From Octopus vulgaris (taxonomy: Eukaryota), in contig OX597821.1 in NCBI GenBank assembly GCA_951406725.2, forward strand, positions 496,001-560,000: a stretch of DNA of 64,000 bases, written 5' to 3'. This document shows, one piece after another, positions 56,841 to 64,000 of this stretch (its first letter is position 1; each line of letters starts with the position of its first letter). Below the pieces are notes generated by a model. The model was not told where the DNA came from. It saw only the letters and a program-made list of their open reading frames with translations, and did no database searches. Made by a program: the position numbers and the translations under genes.

Positions 56841-57476
56841 GGGTGATAAGTGCATGTGATTTGTGTTTGTGCCTTTTTTGGGGTCACCCACCACTGCTTG
56901 ACAACCATAACTTAGTGGTTTGGCAAAAGAAACTGATAGAATAAGTACCAGGCACATATACATATAGTAGCCTTGAACCAACCCTTCAGGCTGTATACAG
57001 GCTGGTTCCTGTGGAGGGCAACTTTGAGATCTTTGTTTCATGACCCTCAACCTTTGTAGAATGAAGCCTATTCCTGCAAATGTGCTAAGCACTGATACTG
57101 ATCTTAGTTTAATCATTAAGTGTAGGAGCAAGGTAAATGCAGTAAAAATAGGAGTGGGGGTCAGTGGGGCGCCCACTTAAGCAGTCCTTCAGAAATTGAA
57201 CCTCCTTTTGATATTCCCTGGGTGTTCATGGTACGAAATGCATTGTTATTGCTCTAATTTGGTTGCCAATGCTATGTATTTAATTTAAAATGCAGTAAAA
57301 ATTAGGGAAGATGGGGTTAGTAGGGTCCCATTTAGGTGACTTTTAAAAAACTAGACCTCCATAGGACATTCCCTAGGATTAGGAGAATTGTTGGTTTGAG
57401 TTTGTTGTCCTTGCAGCAATGGTCTAAGAAGAATTAAAAAACATAAAAATGTAATGGACAGAGAAATTGGTTTTTG

Positions 57477-57665
57477 GTTTCAAATTTTAGCACAAGGCTA
57501 GCAACTTTGGAGGAGGGGTAAGTCAATTACATCGATCCCTGTATTCAACTGATACTTAATTTGTTGACCCTGAAAGGACGAAAGGCAAAGTTGACCTCAG
57601 TGGAATTTGAACACAGAATGCAAAAACAGATGAAATGCCACTAAGCATTTTGCCAGCTTGCTCCC
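57477..57665 (-). mobile_element. SINE family B
   Basis: As 47491-47703. Confidence 0.75.
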
Positions 57666-57669
57666 CTAC

Positions 57670-57727
<58 letters not shown>

Positions 57728-57815
57728 TATTTACATTTGATGGATATTTGTCCTCATCTAGTTTGTTAACACAAGGTTGTGTGGAATTTTTAGGACATTT
57801 ATAAAGAAAAGATTA

Positions 57816-57863
57816 GTCTTACAGCTGTTTCTGGGATATTGCGGATGCCCCTTCATCAGAGAC
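57816..57863 (-). ncRNA. Minimal type I hammerhead ribozyme (probable PLE remnant ~57775-58075)
   Basis: GTCT-CTGATGA-AGGGGCATCCGCAATATCCCA-GAAA-CAGCTG-TA-AGAC: 4-bp stem I, intact core, palindromic stem III; A/A mismatch at the base of stem II. Confidence 0.7.
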
Positions 57864-58779
57864 AATATAAGAGAGTTAACTAGAGGGAAATATAAGGAGT
57901 TATTTTGGAAAGGGATGGATATAGGAAGTATAAAGTGAAATAAGAGAATATAGATAAAATTAAAAGTATATGTAGGATGCTGCAGTTGCAGTTCCATTAT
58001 CCAAGGAAAGTGTTGAGTAGAATGGGTAGAAATGCTTCTTGACCATGTTATGTAGATTCTGATAGGAGTTCATATTTTGTTATTGTGTCTGATATATATA
58101 TATATTTATATGTATATATATATATATATATTTTTGTGCCAGATTTTTTATGTGAAGTCGTGTGTTGAAACAGATATTGTTATATTTCGGAATGGTCGTT
58201 TTGCCAGTTTAGCCAATAAAAACACACGCACTATATATTTGGTGTTATTTATATTTTATATTAATCTTAATCTTATTTCGGCCAGAGTTCTTTCGTCACA
58301 CTCCTGTGACCGCATCAGTGGTCCTTTGTTTTCTTCTTTCTTATTTGTGTCTCTCCTTACTAACCGTCAGCCATTTTGTATTTCTATTGTATGTTTTCAT
58401 TTGCGCATGCTTATATCTCTATGTGCGTCTATGTTTAGTTAGTGTGTGTGCGGGGGGTGGGGGTGCCTGTACTATTTGTATCTTCTGTTTATATACATTC
58501 GTGTAATTTGTTTTTGTTGTTTTACTTTATTCTTATTTTGTTCATGTGTTTACATCCACTTATTATTATTATCATTACGTATGCTTGTATGCTTGTATGT
58601 ATGTATGTATGTATGTATAACAATACTAGTAATAATAATAATAAATAAAAAAAATTCTTTTAAATTAAAAAAAAACTTATATAGTTACTTATTTCTATTT
58701 GTTTATTAATCTGTGTATTTTATTTATTATGTTTTTGGTTTTGTTTATATTGTAAACAGTTTATGGGGATCCTCTACCG

Positions 58780-58985
58780 TCATATGTTGTGGTGTGTGCT
58801 AGTGTTCCATTCCAGTTTCCTATTCAGGCTAGGTTTATCTTCTATTATGTGTGTAGCTTCTGTAATTTGTCTGATTGTTGCATCTGTTCTATGTGTGGAC
58901 AAGATTTTAACTTCTATGTTGTTGATTGATCCCCCATGTTCCTGTTCAGTGTGTTGGTACAGAATCGATGAGCTTTTACCTTCCT
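58780..58985 (-). pseudogene. PLE GIY-YIG endonuclease C-terminal fragment
   Basis: SILYQHTEQEHGG...IRQITEATHIIEDKPSLNRKLEW contains the H-x4-H, R-x3-E and LN motifs. Confidence 0.7.
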
Positions 58986-59392
58986 TAAACAAAACCGAAA
59001 ACATAATAAATAAAATACACAAATAAATAAACAAATAGAAATAAATAACTATATAAGTTTTTTTTGTTTAATTTAAAAGATGTGTTTTGATTTATTATTA
59101 TTATTATTATTATTATTACTAGTGTTGTTGTTATACATACATACAAGCATACATAATGATAATAATAATAAGTGGATGTAAACACATGAACAAAATAACA
59201 AAAACAAATTACACAAATGTATATAAACAGAAGATACAAATATTACAGGCATACCCCCCCCCCCACACACACTAACTAAACATAGATGCACATAGAGATA
59301 TAAGCATGCGCAAATGAAGACATACAATAGAAATACAAAATGGCTGACGGTTAGTAAGGAGAGACACAAATAAGAAAGAAGAAAACAAAGGA

Positions 59393-59432
59393 CCACTGAT
59401 GCGGTCACAGGAGTGTGACGAAAGAACTCTGG
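59393..59432 (+). ncRNA. Variant hammerhead-like motif (mirror copy at 58282-58321, minus)
   Basis: CCA-CTGATGC-G-GTCACA GGAG TGTGAC-GAAA-GAAC-TC-TGG; the core deviates at position 9. Confidence 0.5.
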
Positions 59433-59532
59433 CCGAAATAAGATTAAGATTAATGTAAAATATAAATAACACCAAATATATAGTGCGTGTGTTTTTATTG
59501 GCTAAACTGGCAAAATGAACATTCCGAAATAT

Positions 59533-59581
<49 letters not shown>

Positions 59582-59605
59582 CATATATATATATTTACAT
59601 ATATA

Positions 59606-59801
59606 CATCATCATCATTTAGCGTCCGTTTTCCATGCTAGCATGGGTTGGACGGTTCAACTGGGGTCTGGGAGGCCAGAAGGCTGCACCAGGCCCAGTCT
59701 GATCTGGCAATGTTTCTATGGCTGGATGCCCTTCCTAACGCCAACCACTCCGTGAGTGTAGTGGCTGCTTTTTACGTGCCAGACGGGGCTGGCAAACGGC
59801 C
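59606..59801 (-). mobile_element. SINE family C, 3' part
   Basis: Near-identical to 17584-17790. Confidence 0.8.
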
Positions 59802-60412
59802 ATACTTTAAACATACATGTATACTTGTAACATGTGTACATCCACATGATCGCAAAATCATGGTTTCAATTCATGGACCAGGCAGTGTGTTACGTTCTTG
59901 AGCAAAAGATTTCATCTCGTCGTTCTACAATCACTTCGATATCGGATATGTGGCCACTCATGTGTCTGTACAAGCAATGTCAGTTAGGAGAGATAGAGAT
60001 AGCTCATGTACTGCACAAACATTTGATTGAGGTAAACAAATAATCTGAGCAGATTGTTCAGCAAGAGATTGCAGAACCATCTTTCCCAGACTCAGGAAGC
60101 TACTGAGAGCAATATCTTCATGTACAGACATATTTGCATATCACATAGTGACAATGAACTGATGGACTTCTAGATTCCCCAAGTCTGAATTCACCCATTA
60201 TGATCTACTTAAAACAGCAAATTGTTGGCAACACAGAAATGAGGAAAAAAAGCACACAAGCTATGACCTTCTATAAAAATTAGTATTTGTTTACAGTTTA
60301 TACAGGTTCTCTTTCATTTTACGGGCTTTTCAGTGTCTTTTTTTTCTTCATTTACAGTACATAAATACGTAATAGAAAGTAGAAAAAAAAAAAAAATAAT
60401 AAGTGAAGATCA

Positions 60413-60483
<71 letters not shown>

Positions 60484-60887
60484 GGCGCAGGAGTGGCTGT
60501 GTGGTAAGTAGCTTGCTAACCAACCACATGGTTCCGGGTTCAGTCCCACTGCGTGGCATCTTGGGCAAGTGTCTTCTGCTATAGCCTCGGGCCGACCAAT
60601 GCCTTGTGAGTGGATTTGGTAGACGGAAACTGGAAGAAGCCTGTCGTATATATGTATATATATATATATATATGTGTTTGTGTGTCTGTGTTTGTCCCCC
60701 TAGCATTGCTTGACAACCGATGCTGGTGTGTTTATGTCCCCGTCACTTAGCGGTTTGGCAAAAAGAGACCGATAGAATAAGTACTGGGCTTACAAAGAAT
60801 AAGTCCCAGGGTCGATTTGCTCGACTAAAGGCGGTGTTCCAGCATGGCCGCAGTCAAATGACTGAAACAAGTAAAAGAGTAAAAGAG
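60484..60887 (+). mobile_element. SINE family A, full length, young subfamily, in (TA)n
   Basis: Complete, CpG-retaining copy. Confidence 0.92.
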
Positions 60888-60997
60888 TATATATATATAT
60901 TATATATATAACAGACACGTGGAAGATGGACGTTAAACGATGATGATGATATATATTTATTGTGGAATATATAATTGTGGAATACGACTGTTATTAC

Positions 60998-61039
60998 ATG
61001 AACCTGATGATTGCATAATGCATGAAAGTACTAGTTTAT
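60998..61039 (+). ncRNA. Minimal type I hammerhead ribozyme
   Basis: ATGAAC-CTGATGA-TTGCATAATGCAT-GAAA-GTAC-TA-GTTTAT: stem I, intact core, TGCA/TGCA stem II, palindromic AGTACT stem III. Confidence 0.7.
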
Positions 61040-61134
61040 TTTAATGTTGCAAAATTGTAAAAATTGCAAATAATTAAACAGAAAAACCAGACTTGGAATT
61101 TTATTGATTAATATATTCTTCTATGCACAAACTT

Positions 61135-61174
<40 letters not shown>

Positions 61175-62007
61175 ATCTATCTATCACTGTCTGTCTATCT
61201 ATCACTTTATCTATCTATCTATGTGTATCTGTCTGTCTGTCTGTCTATCTATAATTGGATCAATTGGAACCAATGTCAATAGCTACTTGTTGGAATACAT
61301 TCCAATGTGGCAGGCTGATGAACTGCATGAAATTTCTACATAAGGAAACTTGCAAGTAGCAGTCAACATTTGTTGTCAGCTAATCAAATTAATTAAATAC
61401 AGTATTGATTCTTTAGTTCATTATTGTCTGTCTGTCTGTCTATCTATTGGGAGGAGTTTTCTTTTACATGTTAAATGCTAAATGACAACTTACATCAAAA
61501 TACCTATTGACTCAATCATGGCTAGCCTAAGGCTAAATAACTCCAATCATGTCTTTCATGTTTTTCAAAAAAAAGTACCAGTCACAATTTGGGCTTCAAT
61601 TTATTTGCCTCTGCCCTTCTTCTCAAAAAGCTGTGGCCCTCTGGCATTGTTAGAAATCAATATTATCACCAATAAGATGCTCGTTCTTCTATCATATCAC
61701 TCTAAGAGGTCAATGTCACGTACTTCGTGATTCTTTATCAAGAATATTTGGTTTTCTTCAACACACACCATTTAGGTTGTGCAAATTTGATCAATCTATA
61801 GACTCTACAACAGTCATCCACCTCATCTTTCCACTATCTCTCTTTCTCCCATTAACCCTAGTTCTTGCTCTTATTCTGTCTTTCTCATTTCTATCAAGCA
61901 CACACACACACACAAACACACGCACACCCTCCCCCACACACACACATGCACGCACACACACTCACTCTTTCATTATCTTTTACATCCTCGTTTTCACCTA
62001 GCTTCCA

Positions 62008-62068
<61 letters not shown>

Positions 62069-62405
62069 CCTCTCCATCCATCCATCCATCCTTCTATCTA
62101 TCTATCTATCTATCATTTGTTCGAACTTTGATTCTTTTTTAATTTTTTCTCCTTCTCTCCCTCACTCCCCTCTCTTGTTCTCACTCTTTTTCTACCTATC
62201 ATTCTTCAATTCACTCTCTCTTTCTCTCTCTAACTCATTCACTCTGTGAAATTCTTGCGACCTTAGAATATATATATAACTGACTAGTAGCTGGGAATAG
62301 AAATGCTATTGTACATATTGTCCAGAGGTATATGCTGCATTGATATTTTCAGTTGATGTGCAGCCAGACTTCTACAGTGGGTTAGGGCATAAATGTATTG
62401 TTAGT

Positions 62406-62461
62406 CTGATATATTGAAAATACCATCACTCTAGAGAGTGATGGTATATTCAATATATCAG
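62406..62461. repeat. Near-perfect palindrome (27-bp arms, 1 mismatch, 2-nt spacer)
   Basis: CTGATATATTGAAAATACCATCACTCT-AG-AGAGTGATGGTATATTCAATATATCAG. Confidence 0.9.
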
Positions 62462-62513
62462 CGTCTTACTATGTTCTGTTAGCGTGTTAGTATATTTGGT
62501 TAATATGTAAGAG

Positions 62514-63222
62514 CAGGGGTTCTCAACCATTATTTTTATCTCTGGAACCCTTTGATTACTATTTTATTCTGGTGGACCTCATAGCTATTTGATGTTTAAA
62601 AACTGGTTTTATAGATACTTTTTTCAAAATTCCTCTTTTGTTTTTCACACATGAACTTGTGTACATTGGTCTATGCCAAACATTAGAGAAAGAAACCTAG
62701 CTGTTTCTTGCAATACACACCAATACTCTTTACTCTCTCTCTTTTACTTGCTTCAGTCATTTGACTGTGGTCATGCTGGAGCACTGCCTTTTAGTTGAGC
62801 AAATCGACCCCAGGACTTATTCTTTGTAAGCCTAGTACTTATTCTATCGGTCTCTTTTGCCAAACTGCTTAGTTACAGGGACATAAACACACCAGCATCA
62901 GTTGTCAAGCGATGGTGGGGGACAAACACAGACACACAAACACATACACACACATACATACATACATATATATATATATACGATGGGATTCTTTCAGTTT
63001 CTGTCTACCAAATCCACTCACAAGGCTTTGGTCGGCCCGACGCTATAGTAGAAGACACTTGTCCAAGGTGCCACACAGCGGGACTGAACCCGGAACCATG
63101 TGGTTGGTAAGCAAGCTACTTACCACACAGCCAATCTATATCTAAAGCAAAATTTTTCCAGGGGCCCTTAAAATACTATTATGGATCCCCTATTTACTAT
63201 TTTGTTGTATGGACCCCTAAAA
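62514..63222. mobile_element. Non-autonomous hAT-like element interrupted by a SINE
   Basis: Left terminus CAGGGGTTCTCAACC (Charlie-like TIR), repeated GGACCCC-like subterminal motifs; right TIR not found. Confidence 0.5.
62726..63132 (-). mobile_element. SINE family A
   Basis: Reverse complement of family A; possible short CAAT duplication. Confidence 0.88.
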
Positions 63223-64000
63223 ATCAATAAAATAGAATAGCTTTAGTCAAAGACAAAGTTCACTGAAATTTCTTATCACTGTTATGATCAAAATTACAAG
63301 GAATGAATCAGTGATTGGTTTGTTACAACCTCATTTCAGGACAAACATCCAATCACAGAGTTGTTCTTAAAAACTTAAAAACATGCAAAAAAAAAAAAAA
63401 AAAGAGAAAAGGGCACAGAGTGAAATGAGGTATTAAGAAGGAAGTGGATAAATCTAATTGTCAATATAATCTCCCAACAAAATTGCATCTATTATAGTAA
63501 AATTAGATTAAAGGAAAGCATGACAGCCACTGATCCTTCTTGGATTTGGGAAAAAATGAAGAAAAGTCAAAGTTAAAATCCTGCTGAAGACAACTCAATT
63601 TTCCTCTTCGATAATAATGCTTATAATGATGATGATGATGATGATGATGGTGGTGTTGATGGTGGTGGTGATGATGGTGGTGGTGATGACAGTGGTGGTG
63701 GTAGTAATGATGATGATGATGATGATGACGGTTGTCGTCACTGTCATCATCTGTTATCTGTCATCCATCTGCATGTTCATGTTGACATGGGTTGAGAGGG
63801 TTGTCACAATCTGGATCAGCTCATATTTACAATCCCTGCCCTCCCAGATGGATTAGAAGGCCACATTTCACTCCTATGTTCCAATTACTTTGATACGGTT
63901 GGATGTCCTTCTAAAACACCAGCCACGTCACAAAGTGTAGTGGGTGCATTTCATTCAAGGCACCTACACTGGAGAGGTTGTTTAGTTCACAGCAAGGCTA

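Larger units (their letters stand above)
58131..59540 (-). mobile_element. Penelope-like element remnant as a large inverted repeat
   Basis: Arms 58174-58747 and 58986-59540; spacer encodes a GIY-YIG C-terminus; left arm has a ~43-nt extension; flanked by (TA)n. Confidence 0.82.

Noticed and set aside
60160-60210. Possible WPPRSPDLNP-like Tc1/mariner relic
   Set aside because: Requires several substitutions and a frameshift; too weak.
61308-61345. CTGATGA...GAAA hammerhead-like string
   Set aside because: Stems I and II cannot form.

Overview
Eukaryotic, AT-rich, microsatellite-saturated DNA. Its SINE families resemble those I recall from Octopus (inference, not a database result). No complete host protein-coding gene is visible. 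Main contents: (1) a decayed near-full-length RTE-clade LINE (minus strand, ~35.3-39.2 kb). (2) Two Penelope-like element (PLE) insertions with inverted pseudo-LTR arms sitting in (TA)n tracts (43.1-45.1 kb, 58.1-59.5 kb), plus remnants of two other probable PLEs. Together these carry three minimal type I hammerhead ribozymes with intact catalytic cores and one variant motif present twice. (3) More than 25 SINE copies from several families. (4) piggyBac-, hAT- and Tc1/mariner-type remnants, a foldback element and a Helitron-like/LTR composite. (5) Minisatellites, including a strict 46/49-bp higher-order array. The most notable observation is that one PLE arm lacks exactly the ribozyme, with the deletion breakpoint on the GUC cleavage site, possibly a fossil of self-cleavage followed by RT template jumping. 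Second is a convergent TATA/Kozak/splice-donor cassette at 27.85-28.11 kb that may start a micropeptide or uORF transcript. All calls are by eye; family names need Dfam/Repbase/Rfam confirmation.
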